From the NCBI GenBank assembly GCA_928721915.1, contig CAKMVZ010000003.1, forward strand, positions 116,334-180,333: 64,000 nucleotides of DNA. Direction: 5' to 3'. Position 1 is the first letter of the stretch. Every line of letters begins with the position of its first letter. Of this stretch, positions 37,074 to 48,238 are shown piece after piece. The notes beneath the pieces were generated by a model, which saw nothing but the letters and a program-made list of their open reading frames with translations, was not told where the DNA came from and did not search any database. The position numbers were made by a program, and so were the translations under genes. Source of the stretch: an uncultured Clostridia bacterium (GTDB lineage: Bacteria; Bacillota; Clostridia; TANB77; CAG-508).

Positions 37074-38099
37074 CTATATTTTTTTACTTTTATAAGATAA
37101 ATCAAAATTATGCAATTTACTTTTCGGAAAAGTTATAACTAATTTTGTAAATTCAGTTTCTTTTGACTCTATTTGTAACTGTAATCCTAATCTATCACTC
37201 AATTTTTTTGATAAATACAATCCCATACCTGTTGAATGTTCTTTTTTTCTATTTGTTCCTGTAAAGCCTTTATCAAAAACTCTTAACAAGTCTGATTCTT
37301 TAATTCCACACCCATTATCTTTAATAAATAATCTCACATTGTTATCATTATTCTCTCCCCATATTTCTATTTCTTTTTTTTCTTTATCTAAATATTTTAT
37401 TGAGTTTTGAATAATTTGAGATATAATAAATATAAGCCATTTTTCATCTATAAATACTGTATAATCTATATCATGAATATTCAAAGTTATTTTTTTATCT
37501 AACATATAATATCTATATTTTAAAATAACAGTATGAATAAGCTCTGCTAAATCTATTTCTTTTACAAAATAATCTTTTTCTGTATTACCACTTCTTGCAT
37601 AATATAGCATTTGCTCTACTAATTGATTTATTTTATCAATTTCTTGTTTTAAACTATAATCTTTATTATTATCTAATGTGAGTGATATAGCTGATATTGG
37701 TGTTTTTATTTCGTGAGCAAAACTCTCAACATATTCTTGATAATCTGCATTTTCTTTTTCTAACTCACTAATTTTATCGTTCATAGCTTTGCAAGCCTGT
37801 TTTAGTGCATAATAATAACTTTGACTTTCTATATCTGTTGGTTTGTCTATAATTTCAGTTATTAAATATTTTTCTTCTAAATTATCTACTAATGATATTA
37901 TTTTTTTATATTTCCTTTTTTGTTTGCTATACTCTATAATTAAATATAGAAACATAAAAAATGCTAATATTACTATTGTTAATGCTATATATACACTTTT
38001 AATTCCTATCATTGAAAAGATAAATGCAATTACAATTAAAAAAGCTATTTGTTCCAAAACTAAAAATATCTTTTCTTCTAAAAATGTTATAAATTTCAT
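37074..38099 (-). CDS. sensor histidine kinase (BceS-like, intramembrane sensing)
   Basis: Two N-terminal TM helices, H-box FAHEIKTPISA, G1 DNGCGI and G2 STGMGLYL. Confidence 0.8.
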   Translation of the reverse strand: MKFITFLEEKIFLVLEQIAFLIVIAFIFSMIGIKSVYIALTIVILAFFMFLYLIIEYSKQKRKYKKIISLVDNLEEKYLITEIIDKPTDIESQSYYYALKQACKAMNDKISELEKENADYQEYVESFAHEIKTPISAISLTLDNNKDYSLKQEIDKINQLVEQMLYYARSGNTEKDYFVKEIDLAELIHTVILKYRYYMLDKKITLNIHDIDYTVFIDEKWLIFIISQIIQNSIKYLDKEKKEIEIWGENNDNNVRLFIKDNGCGIKESDLLRVFDKGFTGTNRKKEHSTGMGLYLSKKLSDRLGLQLQIESKETEFTKLVITFPKSKLHNFDLSYKSKKI

Positions 38100-38755
38100 A
38101 GTTTATAACCCTTTCCTCGTACATTTTCCAATAAATCTTTTATTCCTATTTCTTCTGCTTTTTTTCTTAACCTATTTATATTTACAAGTAATATATTTTC
38201 ATCTAAATAATATTTATCGTTCCATAGTTTTTCCAATAATTCTTCTTTTGAAATTATCCTATTGTCATTCATAAAGAAATAATATAATATTCTAAATTCG
38301 TTACGAGTAAGTTCTATTTCTTTATTATCATACTTTAATAAAGACAAATGTAAATCTAATGTATATCCTTTTTTAGTAATTTCCTTAAAATTCATTGGAT
38401 TACTTAAATTTATTGCTCTTTTTATTTTTTCTAATAATATTATTGTATCATAAGGTTTTGTAATAAAATCTATTCCACCTACTTTTATACTCATTATTTC
38501 ATCTCCTGTACTATCTCTACTTGTAACAAATATAATTGGAATATTATTGTTTTCTTTTATTTTTCTACATATTTCATAACCATTTTCAAATGGTAAGTTT
38601 ATATCTAAAAGGACTAAATTTACTTCACTATTTTTAATTAGTAATGGTATATTTTCAAACTCATTAAATGCTACTATCTCATAACCATTATTTTTAAGTA
38701 ATTTTGATAATTCTTCACGAATTTTCATATCATCTTCTACTATTGCAATTTTCAT
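38096..38755 (-). CDS. OmpR-family response regulator (BceR-like)
   Basis: Receiver domain MKIAIVEDD...LLDINLP, and C-terminal wHTH ending RGKGYKL. Start at the Met at 38755, after GGAGG. Confidence 0.85.
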   Translation of the reverse strand: MKIAIVEDDMKIREELSKLLKNNGYEIVAFNEFENIPLLIKNSEVNLVLLDINLPFENGYEICRKIKENNNIPIIFVTSRDSTGDEIMSIKVGGIDFITKPYDTIILLEKIKRAINLSNPMNFKEITKKGYTLDLHLSLLKYDNKEIELTRNEFRILYYFFMNDNRIISKEELLEKLWNDKYYLDENILLVNINRLRKKAEEIGIKDLLENVRGKGYKL

Positions 38756-38812
38756 ATTTTCCTCCACTTTTAATATTATACTATATTTTGTCAAAAGAAA
38801 GCTAGTTTAATG

Positions 38813-40792
38813 CTAGCTTTCCTTTAAGTTTCTTTTAAATTCAAAATATGTTGCTATATAGTAAATCATATAAATTACTAAAAATACTGCTAAACCTCCC
38901 AAATAATATGATAAATATATATAATCATTTTCTAACAATGTTTTATAAATATTATTTATTGATGTTATTAAACAAAAACTTATAATTATTGGATATATTA
39001 TAGGTAAGCCAAATAATACTAATAATTGTTTTCTTATAGTTTTATATATTTTTTCTTTCCTTACACCTAATCTATTTAATACATCATACCTGTATTTATA
39101 TTTTGTAGAATCTGTTAAACTTTGAATTGCAAGTATAGTACCAACCGTTGCAACAAATATAAATGCCATATACAAACATATTGAACATATAATAGTTGTC
39201 ATTGTATTTGTTTCTTCTATAAGAGCTCCTCTAACTGAAATTTTGTAATGCTCTATAACTTTTCTTCCATTGTCATTTATGTAACTTATATAATCTTCCA
39301 TTTTTTCTTCTATTTTTGTTTCAAACTCTACACTTGTATCTTCTTTTGTATTTACAACTAAATGACTATCTTCTATTTCAAGATTATTTATTTTATCGTC
39401 TAGCACAATAATTGTATAAGTCGAATTTGCAAGACTTAACCAATATCCCTCTGTAAGTAATTCTTTTTGTTTTAATTTTACTCCATTTGACATTGTTATT
39501 TCTTTTGCTGAATCAAGTTCATTTATATATGCTTTTCCTGCCTCGTCCGTTATTATACTATATTCATCATCATTTAAAGTAATTGTATCTAAGTTTCTCA
39601 ATTCCTGTAATTTATTATAATCACTTAATTTTATTACTGGATCATACCTATTATCTTCACTTGTATAATCATAACTTGCTTCGGTGCTTAATATAGTTGC
39701 TGTTTTATCTGTATATATATCATAAATATATTCATTTTCTATTGTATAATCTTCTTTTATAACTTCTAAAAATTTTGGTAAATTTTCTTTTTTATTTGTA
39801 ACTGATACATCATAAGGTGCTTCTACATTTATCTGATAATCATATAATCCCTTATTTATACTTGATACATTTAAAAAGAATATGGTTAATGTTATTAGCA
39901 TTGCCAATGTTCCTAATGTAAATCCCATAGTTTTTGTCTTTGATGAAAAACACCTTGCTACAAATAAATTATCTTTACTATATTTTATTTTTTTATTGTT
40001 TAGAACTAATGATAAAATGAAATCTGCTACACTTATCATAACTCCATATATACTCATTATAATTAAAACCATACTTAAAGCCAAATAATTTGGTGCTGTT
40101 TGATTTGACATTTGTTCTAATTTGAATTGAGAGTTCCAAATGAATAATCCTAAAATTCCTAAAATAACACTTACAAAAAATATAATTGTACGGTGTTTTT
40201 TCTTTTTCATTATCTTTTCTTCATTTTGTTTTTCTAAATAAAGTAATTCGTGTATGTTAATTTTTTTCATTCTTCTATTGGCTCTAAACAAAACCAATAT
40301 ATATATAATTGCAAAATATAATACTAATGAACCAATAGAAGTTAAATTTAATTCTATAAATATTGCTTGTGGTAGCCCTAGTAAACTAACAATTATCATT
40401 GACATAAACTGACTTGCTATAAAGCCAACAGGAATTGCAATTACTAATGCAATCAAGCCTATCAATAAGTTTTCTAATAAGAACATTTTAGTTATTTTCT
40501 TCTTTTTTATACCTAATAACATATACATACCAAATTCTTTACTTCTCTTTTGAAACATAAATTTTGTTGTATAATTTATTAGATAACTAATAATTAATAT
40601 TACTATTGCATTTATTCCATATAATACATAAGCAAATGTATCTAAACCTTTCGATAGTTCTATTATTACCTCTGAACTTGATACTAAATTTAATGCAAAT
40701 ATTAAAGAGAATGATATAGTAATTGTTATTAAATAAATAATATAATCTTTTATACTTCTTTTTACATTTCTAAAAGCTAATTTACTTAACAT
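38813..40792 (-). CDS. BceB-type ABC permease (FtsX-like, 10 TM with large extracellular domain)
   Basis: 659 aa with TM clusters at both ends and a soluble loop of about 200 aa. Adjacent to a MacB-type ATPase and the TCS. Confidence 0.75.
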   Translation of the reverse strand: MLSKLAFRNVKRSIKDYIIYLITITISFSLIFALNLVSSSEVIIELSKGLDTFAYVLYGINAIVILIISYLINYTTKFMFQKRSKEFGMYMLLGIKKKKITKMFLLENLLIGLIALVIAIPVGFIASQFMSMIIVSLLGLPQAIFIELNLTSIGSLVLYFAIIYILVLFRANRRMKKINIHELLYLEKQNEEKIMKKKKHRTIIFFVSVILGILGLFIWNSQFKLEQMSNQTAPNYLALSMVLIIMSIYGVMISVADFILSLVLNNKKIKYSKDNLFVARCFSSKTKTMGFTLGTLAMLITLTIFFLNVSSINKGLYDYQINVEAPYDVSVTNKKENLPKFLEVIKEDYTIENEYIYDIYTDKTATILSTEASYDYTSEDNRYDPVIKLSDYNKLQELRNLDTITLNDDEYSIITDEAGKAYINELDSAKEITMSNGVKLKQKELLTEGYWLSLANSTYTIIVLDDKINNLEIEDSHLVVNTKEDTSVEFETKIEEKMEDYISYINDNGRKVIEHYKISVRGALIEETNTMTTIICSICLYMAFIFVATVGTILAIQSLTDSTKYKYRYDVLNRLGVRKEKIYKTIRKQLLVLFGLPIIYPIIISFCLITSINNIYKTLLENDYIYLSYYLGGLAVFLVIYMIYYIATYFEFKRNLKES

Positions 40793-41549
40793 TACCTACA
40801 TCACCTCCTAGTAGTGTAAGCATATCCAAAATCTCGTTAAAAAATTCTTTCCTTGTTTTCTCTCCTCTTATGATTTCATTAAAAATTTTTCCGTCCTTTA
40901 AGAATAATACTCTTTTGCAAAAACTTGCACTAAAAGAATCGTGTGTAACCATTAGTATTGTCGCTTTTAAGTTTTTATTCATTTCATCCATTGTTTCTAA
41001 TAAAAGCCTTGACGACTTTGAATCTAATGCTCCTGTTGGCTCGTCAGCTAGTATTAGTTTTGGATTATTTATCAATGCTCTGCTACATGCACATTTTTGT
41101 TTTTGTCCTCCTGAAACTTCGTAAGGGAATTTTTTTAAAATATCGCTAATTCCTAATTTATCGGCAATATTTTTTACTTTTTCATCAACCTTATTTGTAT
41201 TTTCATTATTGATTATAAGTGATAATGCAATATTTTCTTCAATAGTTAATGTGTCTAATAAATTGAAGTCTTGAAAAATAAAACCTAAATTTTCTTTTCT
41301 AAAATCTGCTAAGTCATTTTCTTTGACTGTTGTTATATCTTTATTATCTACAAATATATGTCCACTTGTTGCTGTATCTATTGTAGCAACACAGTTAAGT
41401 AATGTTGTTTTTCCACTTCCACTTGCACCCATTATTGCGACAAACTCGCCTTTTAAAACACTAAATGAAATACCATCTACTGCTTTTGTTATATTTGTAT
41501 TTACACCATAGTATTTTTTTAAATTCTCTATTTTTAACACTTCTTTCAT
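40782..41549 (-). CDS. BceA-type ABC ATP-binding protein
   Basis: Walker A GASGSGKTT, signature VSGGQKQ and Walker B LILADEPTGALD. Start at the Met at 41549, after AAGGAG. Confidence 0.85.
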   Translation of the reverse strand: MKEVLKIENLKKYYGVNTNITKAVDGISFSVLKGEFVAIMGASGSGKTTLLNCVATIDTATSGHIFVDNKDITTVKENDLADFRKENLGFIFQDFNLLDTLTIEENIALSLIINNENTNKVDEKVKNIADKLGISDILKKFPYEVSGGQKQKCACSRALINNPKLILADEPTGALDSKSSRLLLETMDEMNKNLKATILMVTHDSFSASFCKRVLFLKDGKIFNEIIRGEKTRKEFFNEILDMLTLLGGDVGNVK

Positions 41550-41778
41550 AAAGAACTCCTTTCTCAATTTTAGTATGAACTCTAAAATTTAAAATATAAT
41601 TTTTAATTACTTAAATTATAGCAAGTTTGTTTGTCAAATAAAATTACAGTTTTGTAATAAAAGTTCATACTATTATAAAGTGGAGGCAACTATTATTCAA
41701 TAATTACCTCCACGAAATTATTTAACCAGAACACTGTTGCTACATTTATATATAAACTGCTTTTTGTAGGTTATAAGG

Positions 41779-42453
41779 CTATTCTTCTTTATTTTTATAT
41801 ATTTTATATGCAATTTTATAAGATATAAAATACATAATTATTGTGCTTATAATTAATATCCATACACCAAATTTAGTTATAAAATTATTTAGCATTTCCA
41901 TATCAATATTGATATTTGTTTTATTTATTAAAAAGTAAATTCCTCCAAGCATAGCTACTATAATAAGCACTAATATAAACATTTGGATTCTTCCTTTTTC
42001 TGCTCCCCATTTATACATACTAGGAATTTGAACTGCTTGTAAAAAAGATAGTGCAAATATACCTCCAATTGTTGCTATAATTAAACTTTTGTAATCGAGA
42101 TTTATTATATTTTCAGGTCTTAAATAATTCATAATATTTACAACAATTACCGTTAGTATCATTCCTAATATTCCACCTAATACAGTTGCTCCTATTGCTA
42201 AAATATATTTTTCTGTTACTAATTCTTTTCTGCTGGTTGGTAATGTTAAAACATATCTATTTGCTTTTGACATTTCATCATAACTAAAAGTAGAAAGAGA
42301 AATCATACCTACTATTCCACAAATTATAGCAGGTGCAATATTAATTGCATCTGTTCCTATTATTGCAATACCACAAAATAAAATTATTATAATTAATGAT
42401 GCCTTATAGGTTGCTAAATTATATAAATCTTTTTTTAATAATCCTTTTATCAT
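41779..42453 (-). CDS. ABC-2-type membrane protein
   Basis: 224 aa, six TM helices, immediately downstream of an ATPase. Confidence 0.6.
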   Translation of the reverse strand: MIKGLLKKDLYNLATYKASLIIIILFCGIAIIGTDAINIAPAIICGIVGMISLSTFSYDEMSKANRYVLTLPTSRKELVTEKYILAIGATVLGGILGMILTVIVVNIMNYLRPENIINLDYKSLIIATIGGIFALSFLQAVQIPSMYKWGAEKGRIQMFILVLIIVAMLGGIYFLINKTNINIDMEMLNNFITKFGVWILIISTIIMYFISYKIAYKIYKNKEE

Positions 42454-42455
42454 AA

Positions 42456-43313
42456 TTATTTTTCCCCCTTAATATAAAATAACATTATATCTTCAATAGA
42501 TGGCTTATCAATAGTTGTAATATTATATTTACTTCTTATTATGCTTTTATCATTTGTTAATACTTCATATTGATATTTTCCTTTTTTGTAAGCAATATAA
42601 TCTTTTTTATCTAATCTAATAAAATCGTCTTTACCACATTTAATTATTCCATAGTTTTCAAGTAATTCATCTGTTGGTAAATCAAAAATTATTTTTCCTT
42701 TTTCTATAAATACTATATAATCTGATATATGCTCTAAATCTGTTGTAATATGTGTTGATAATAATATTGACCTTGTTTCATCTTCTTCAATATATTTTCT
42801 AAAAATATCTAGTATTTCATTTCTTACAACTGGATCAAGCCCACTTGTTGGTTCATCTAATATTAAAAGTTTTGGATTATGAGATATTGCTGTTGCAATT
42901 TTTAGTTTCATTTTCATACCACTTGAAAAATCTTTTATCAATTTATCTATTGGCAAATTAAATTCTTTTAAAAGATTTATATATTTGTTTTCATCCCAAT
43001 TTTTATAAAAATCTTTCATTATAGAATTGACTTGTTTTGCAGTTAAGTATTCTGATAAAAAGCTATCATCTAATACAACACCAATTTCTTCTTTAATTTC
43101 TTTTTCATTCTTTTTGCTGTCTTTTCCAAATATCTTTACTGTTCCTTCTGATTTAGTAATATTTAGTATTGATTTTATTGTAGTAGTTTTTCCTGCTCCA
43201 TTTTCTCCTATTAGCCCTACAATACTACCTTGTGGTACATTGAAAGAAATATTTTTAAGTTCAAAATCTTTATATTTCTTCGAAACATTTTGTAATTCAA
43301 TATTATTATCCAT
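42456..43313 (-). CDS. ABC transporter ATP-binding protein
   Basis: Walker A GENGAGKTT, signature SSGMKMK and Walker B LILDEPTSGLD. Confidence 0.85.
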   Translation of the reverse strand: MDNNIELQNVSKKYKDFELKNISFNVPQGSIVGLIGENGAGKTTTIKSILNITKSEGTVKIFGKDSKKNEKEIKEEIGVVLDDSFLSEYLTAKQVNSIMKDFYKNWDENKYINLLKEFNLPIDKLIKDFSSGMKMKLKIATAISHNPKLLILDEPTSGLDPVVRNEILDIFRKYIEEDETRSILLSTHITTDLEHISDYIVFIEKGKIIFDLPTDELLENYGIIKCGKDDFIRLDKKDYIAYKKGKYQYEVLTNDKSIIRSKYNITTIDKPSIEDIMLFYIKGEK

Positions 43314-43314
43314 T

Positions 43315-43692
43315 CTAAAATTCCTCCTTAAAAATCATATTAAATAATTCTTTTATTTCATCTTCCGAAATATTTGATATTTTTGAAATGTTATAAATCT
43401 TTTCTATGTAGTCCTGAATTTCTTTTAGTTTTACTTCTTTTATTATTTCTAAATTTTTTGGTGTAACAAAACTTCCCTTTCCTTGTACTGTTTTTATAAA
43501 TTCTTCTTGTTCTAGTTCATCATAAGCCTTTTTTACTGTGAGAAAACTTATTTTTAAGTCATTTGCTAAATTTCTGACTGAAGGTAACATTTCTTCTTCT
43601 TTTAATTCGTTTGAAATTATGGCATCTTTAATAGCATTCTTTATTTGTTCATAAATTGGTACACTACTATTATTACTTATTATTATATTCAT
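43315..43692 (-). CDS. GntR-family (YtrA-like) transcriptional regulator
   Basis: PIYEQIKNAIKDAIISNELKEEEMLPSVRNLANDLKISFLTVKKAYDELE. Start at the Met at 43692, after GGAGG. Confidence 0.8.
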   Translation of the reverse strand: MNIIISNNSSVPIYEQIKNAIKDAIISNELKEEEMLPSVRNLANDLKISFLTVKKAYDELEQEEFIKTVQGKGSFVTPKNLEIIKEVKLKEIQDYIEKIYNISKISNISEDEIKELFNMIFKEEF

Positions 43693-43715
43693 AGTTTTCC
43701 TCCTCACTGTTATTT

Positions 43716-43740
43716 ACTGTTATAATTATAGTATAACAGT
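43716..43740. promoter_or_regulatory. candidate GntR operator
   Basis: Perfect 9-bp inverted repeat ACTGTTATA-7 nt-TATAACAGT, 24 nt upstream of the regulator start. Confidence 0.5.
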
Positions 43741-43991
43741 TTCAATATTTTGTCAATAGATTTCTGAAAAAATTTTTACAAGCAAAAAGAGAGCTACTAT
43801 TTCTAGCAACTCTCTATAAAATAAAAGGGGATGTTTTATACTATAAAATGTATAATCACCCCTAAAACTATTTTTTTGGATCATTATAATGGACTATTTA
43901 ATAAAATTTAAACTACAAAAAACAACTATAATTAAACATAATGAGATTAACAACCAATGAATTATTTTTCTTCAATCATTACTTACAAATA

Positions 43992-44465
43992 CTATTTTAC
44001 TTTATCTATAAATCTATCAATATTCTCGTTTAAAATTTTAATTTCTCTGTCTTGTGCTATATTTTTGCTTACCATCTTAACTATGAATTTATCAAATCCT
44101 TTTTGTTTTTCTAATATCATTTCTCCACCAAAAGTATCATAAGTAATTGCTTTTTCCAATAATTCTTTTGAAATATTTTGTTCAAAATATTGCTTATAAT
44201 TTTCTGCAAAACCACAACAAATAAAATATGCTACTTTTTTACTTTTCAATATTTTTGCATTTTTATTTATAAATTCTTTTACTTTTTTATGTATCATTCC
44301 TATTCTAATTGGTGAGCCTATAATAATTTTATCATATTTATTAATATTTTCAATTTGTCTTGTTGATAAATTAATTATAGTTGTATCTTTTAAGTTTTGA
44401 CCTAATATTTCTGCACACTTTTCCGTTGTGCCTGTTTTACTTGCATATACAATTAATATTTTCAT
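43992..44465 (-). CDS. flavodoxin-family protein
   Basis: MKILIVYASKTGTTEKCAE N-terminus (FMN phosphate-binding loop). 157 aa. Confidence 0.7.
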   Translation of the reverse strand: MKILIVYASKTGTTEKCAEILGQNLKDTTIINLSTRQIENINKYDKIIIGSPIRIGMIHKKVKEFINKNAKILKSKKVAYFICCGFAENYKQYFEQNISKELLEKAITYDTFGGEMILEKQKGFDKFIVKMVSKNIAQDREIKILNENIDRFIDKVK

Positions 44466-44534
44466 TTATTACCTCACTTTTCACAAGTTAATTCGTTATT
44501 TTTTTCATATTTCTAATACTGTTATTTTATAATT

Positions 44535-45692
44535 TTATTTTGCAAATAATACTTTTTCTGATTTGTATTGTTTTATAATATGAGCAAATACTAAACTTAT
44601 ATAAATAATTGTAGATATTGCCATTAAACCAATATTTAATAAATTTATTGTTCCATTGTTTATATCTGTAAATATCAATGTAAAGTTTAAGAATGGTACT
44701 ATTGAAAGTACTGGTGTTGCTGTTATTCCCATCATAAATGCTATCATACCAGGAAAGAATGATATAAATGTTAATGGTGTTAATGCACTTTGAGCTTCTT
44801 TAAATGTTTTAGATGTACTTGCAATCGCAATACATAAACCACTTATAAAGAATGAGTATGCTATTATTACAATTACTGCAAATAGTATTGTAACTTTTGA
44901 ATACATTATATCAATTCCCTCATAAATACTAAACATATTCTTTGTAAGCATTAATGATATTATCGCTAAAGCTAAACTTATTATTCCTGTAATTATTGAT
45001 GATACTGTAACTCCTAAAAACTTTCCTACAATTATATCTTTGCTTTTTATTGGAAAAGTAAGTAATGTTTCCAATGTTCCTCTTTCTCTTTCACCTGCTG
45101 TTGTATCTGTTGCCGGGTAAGTTGCTGATACTGTTATCGCCATCATTATAAAAAGAAAAGCATAATTTTTGATATAGTCTGCAAAGTAATTATCTTGCTC
45201 TAATACATTTTCTTCAACTGTTATAATATTTAATACTTCATTTGGGTTTATATTGTTTTCTTGTAAATAGTTTTGTTGCATAAATTGTTTATATGTATTA
45301 AAATAGTTTTCCATTAAATTACTTGCAAATGTACTATTATCAGAACCGTCTGTATTTATAATGTATTTGCTGTCTTGTTTTGTTATATAAAGGTTAATCT
45401 CTCCATTATCATATTTTTCTTTTAATTCTTCTTCATTTCCATTTACAATTTCAATATTCATTTCTTCAGCAATACTTTTTTCTTCTTCTGTCATTTCATA
45501 AGCGAAACCAATTTTATTATATTCGCTTACATCTTTACTTACTTGTGATTCAAATAATGCTGACATACCAATTACCAAAAGTGGTATAAATATTGGTATT
45601 ATAAGCATCATTGCTAAAGATTTTTTATCTCTAAATAATTCTCGAAGTTCTTTTTTTAATATATTCCATAAATTATTCTTCAACTGAAACAC
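44535..45692 (-). CDS. natB: ABC-2 permease, NatB-like
   Basis: 385 aa with N-terminal KKELRELFRDKKSL, a large extracytoplasmic loop and five C-terminal TM helices. Overlaps the ATPase gene. Confidence 0.5.
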   Translation of the reverse strand: MFQLKNNLWNILKKELRELFRDKKSLAMMLIIPIFIPLLVIGMSALFESQVSKDVSEYNKIGFAYEMTEEEKSIAEEMNIEIVNGNEEELKEKYDNGEINLYITKQDSKYIINTDGSDNSTFASNLMENYFNTYKQFMQQNYLQENNINPNEVLNIITVEENVLEQDNYFADYIKNYAFLFIMMAITVSATYPATDTTAGERERGTLETLLTFPIKSKDIIVGKFLGVTVSSIITGIISLALAIISLMLTKNMFSIYEGIDIMYSKVTILFAVIVIIAYSFFISGLCIAIASTSKTFKEAQSALTPLTFISFFPGMIAFMMGITATPVLSIVPFLNFTLIFTDINNGTINLLNIGLMAISTIIYISLVFAHIIKQYKSEKVLFAK

Positions 45693-46434
45693 CTCCTATC
45701 AATGTAAAAAACGCATCTCTTAAATTTGTTGTATTGGTATCTCTCATTATTTCATCTGGCGTTCCAGTTTTTATAATCTTTCCTTTATTTATCATAATTA
45801 CTCTATTACATATATTTTCTGCTTCTTCCATGTAGTGTGTTGAATAAAGTATTGTTTTTCCCTTATCTCTTTCTTCTTTGATAAAGTTTAAAATTATTTG
45901 ACTAGATATAATGTCAAGTCCTGTTGTTGCTTCATCTAAAATATAGTATTTAGGATTATGTACTAAACATCTTGCTAAATTTACTTTTTGAGTTTGCCCT
46001 GTTGATAAATTTGCAATTTTGTTATATAAAAATTGCTCCATTCCTAATACTTTTGTAATTTCTTTTATTCTCTTTTCGCTATTTTCCTTATCTACTCCAT
46101 ATATATCACAACACATTTTTAATAATTCATAAGTTGATAATGTATCATAAATTTTTGTATTTCCTGATAGATAAGCAATATTTTGCTTAATTTCGATTTC
46201 ATTGTCTTTATAGTTCATTCCATCAAAACTTATTTTTCCTTGCGTTGGTTCTAATATTCCTGCTATCATTCTAAGTAGCGTTGTTTTTCCTGCTCCGTTT
46301 GGACCTAATATTCCAATTATTTCTCCGTCATTTGCCTCAAAGGTGATGTCATTGTCTGCATAAAATTCTTCTTTTTCTTTTTTATTTTTGTTTCTAACAA
46401 ACTTCTTTGTTATATGCTCTACTGTAATCATCAA
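45673..46434 (-). CDS. natA: ABC ATP-binding protein, NatA-like
   Basis: Walker A GPNGAGKTT, signature LSTGQTQK and Walker B ILDEATTGLD. Confidence 0.55.
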   Translation of the reverse strand: MMITVEHITKKFVRNKNKKEKEEFYADNDITFEANDGEIIGILGPNGAGKTTLLRMIAGILEPTQGKISFDGMNYKDNEIEIKQNIAYLSGNTKIYDTLSTYELLKMCCDIYGVDKENSEKRIKEITKVLGMEQFLYNKIANLSTGQTQKVNLARCLVHNPKYYILDEATTGLDIISSQIILNFIKEERDKGKTILYSTHYMEEAENICNRVIMINKGKIIKTGTPDEIMRDTNTTNLRDAFFTLIGGVSVEE

Positions 46435-46557
46435 TTTCTCCCTCCTCGTTTATTCTCACAGGCAAATATTAGCATATTTTTAAAATAAAAACAAGATATT
46501 TTACTAATTATATCAATGTTTTAAAATAGACCAGTTTTGAGAACTGATCTATTTTAA

Positions 46558-48219
46558 TTATATTATTTTCTCGGCTAATTCATATTGATTATTATACAGA
46601 TACTTATTTGTTATAACCGTTGCTATTATATATAAGATTCCTAATATTCCAACTCCTATATATACATTTATATCTTTTAGTAAATATACCAAGCCAACTA
46701 TTATCGCAATATTTATCATTGCAAATAATACTGGAAAAATTAAATTTAGGTTTTGTTTTGCGACTGCATATTCAGAATCCCAGTTTAATTTTGGCCTTTT
46801 TAAATCTACAATAATCATTGCTATACTTTGTAATATTCCCATTATAGTTGCAACTACAAATAAAGCGATTAAAGTTATAACTGGTAATTTTAAAAGATAT
46901 TCTGCCACTCCTAATGTAATTATAATTGTTACTATATTCATTATAATATTTGGAATTATTTTATACATATATTGCTTATATAAAGGTACAGGTATATATT
47001 TTATAAATACTGCGTTTTCTCCGTCCCTTGATACTGCTGTTATTGAAATATATATAAACATTGTGAAAAATTGTATAACTCCTAAAATGATACAAGCAAT
47101 AAAAAATGTATTTGTAGGCATTTGTTGTACCATTTGTGTTATTTGCTCTAATCCCATTCCATCACTATTTAATCCTGCATAAACTACTACAATCACTATA
47201 ATTGGTATTAAAACTGCCGGTATTAAACATTGCATTAAAAATACTGGATTTCTTGCCATATTTTTAAATTCTTTTCCAATATAACTTTTATATAGTTTAC
47301 TATTTTTATACTCTTTTTGATTTATTTTTTTATTTGTGTTAGAAGCTCCTCCTCCAAATAAATTTCCTACTAAACCTTTAAAATATATTTTTTGAGTAAT
47401 TAATATATATATAATAAATCCTATTATTGTAATTCCTAAAGTTTTTAATACCTCTACTATTGCTATAAATAAAGAATTTGTTGTTAATGCTTCCATTAAA
47501 TAATCTACTGTTGGAACATATCCTTTTACTAATTCTATCATTCCATTTGCCTTAACTACCATTTGTGCCATTTCTTCATTTGTTAAATCTTGTTTCATTC
47601 CACTTGTTGAAACTGAAATAACTATAATAATTGCTAAAAGTAATAGTGTGGCAAATAATTGAAATCTGTTCCTGTTCTTTGTAAGTTTTGCAAAACTCAT
47701 TATAAACATAACAATCATACTAATTAATAATACTGGTAATATTGGTACTAAAATAACTACTAAAGTCATTGTTAAATAATATACAATTCCTGCTTCAGTT
47801 AATACTCCATACATTACAAGCGGAATAAATCCTACTAAAAATATAATTAAATATTCAGCAATTAACATTACATTTGTTCTTGCAAGTATAATTTGGTAAG
47901 GTTTTAATGGTAGTGGTAATAAGTATTCGCTATCTTTTGTAAAATATAATATATTTATACTTGAAAAGATTGATTGAATAATTGCTAAACCAAATATCAT
48001 AAATAAAATCATACCAATAAATATTGTTTCTTGATGTATTGCAATTAGTCCATCTAATAAGTTATACCCCAGAAATATAATTAGTCCTGCAAAATATAAA
48101 AATAATAATCCATAAACTATAATTTTGCTCTTTGATTTTGACGAAATTCCCATTCTAGCATCCATATTAGAAAAGGAATTTTTAAGAAATATTTTTGTTA
48201 ATTTTATTACTTTATCCAT
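46558..48219 (-). CDS. polytopic membrane protein, putative ABC exporter permease
   Basis: 553 aa with more than 10 TM helices, downstream of an ATPase. Hairpin terminator at about 46526-46558. Confidence 0.6.
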   Translation of the reverse strand: MDKVIKLTKIFLKNSFSNMDARMGISSKSKSKIIVYGLLFLYFAGLIIFLGYNLLDGLIAIHQETIFIGMILFMIFGLAIIQSIFSSINILYFTKDSEYLLPLPLKPYQIILARTNVMLIAEYLIIFLVGFIPLVMYGVLTEAGIVYYLTMTLVVILVPILPVLLISMIVMFIMSFAKLTKNRNRFQLFATLLLLAIIIVISVSTSGMKQDLTNEEMAQMVVKANGMIELVKGYVPTVDYLMEALTTNSLFIAIVEVLKTLGITIIGFIIYILITQKIYFKGLVGNLFGGGASNTNKKINQKEYKNSKLYKSYIGKEFKNMARNPVFLMQCLIPAVLIPIIVIVVVYAGLNSDGMGLEQITQMVQQMPTNTFFIACIILGVIQFFTMFIYISITAVSRDGENAVFIKYIPVPLYKQYMYKIIPNIIMNIVTIIITLGVAEYLLKLPVITLIALFVVATIMGILQSIAMIIVDLKRPKLNWDSEYAVAKQNLNLIFPVLFAMINIAIIVGLVYLLKDINVYIGVGILGILYIIATVITNKYLYNNQYELAEKII

Positions 48220-48238
48220 ATTTTTTCCCTTTCTAATA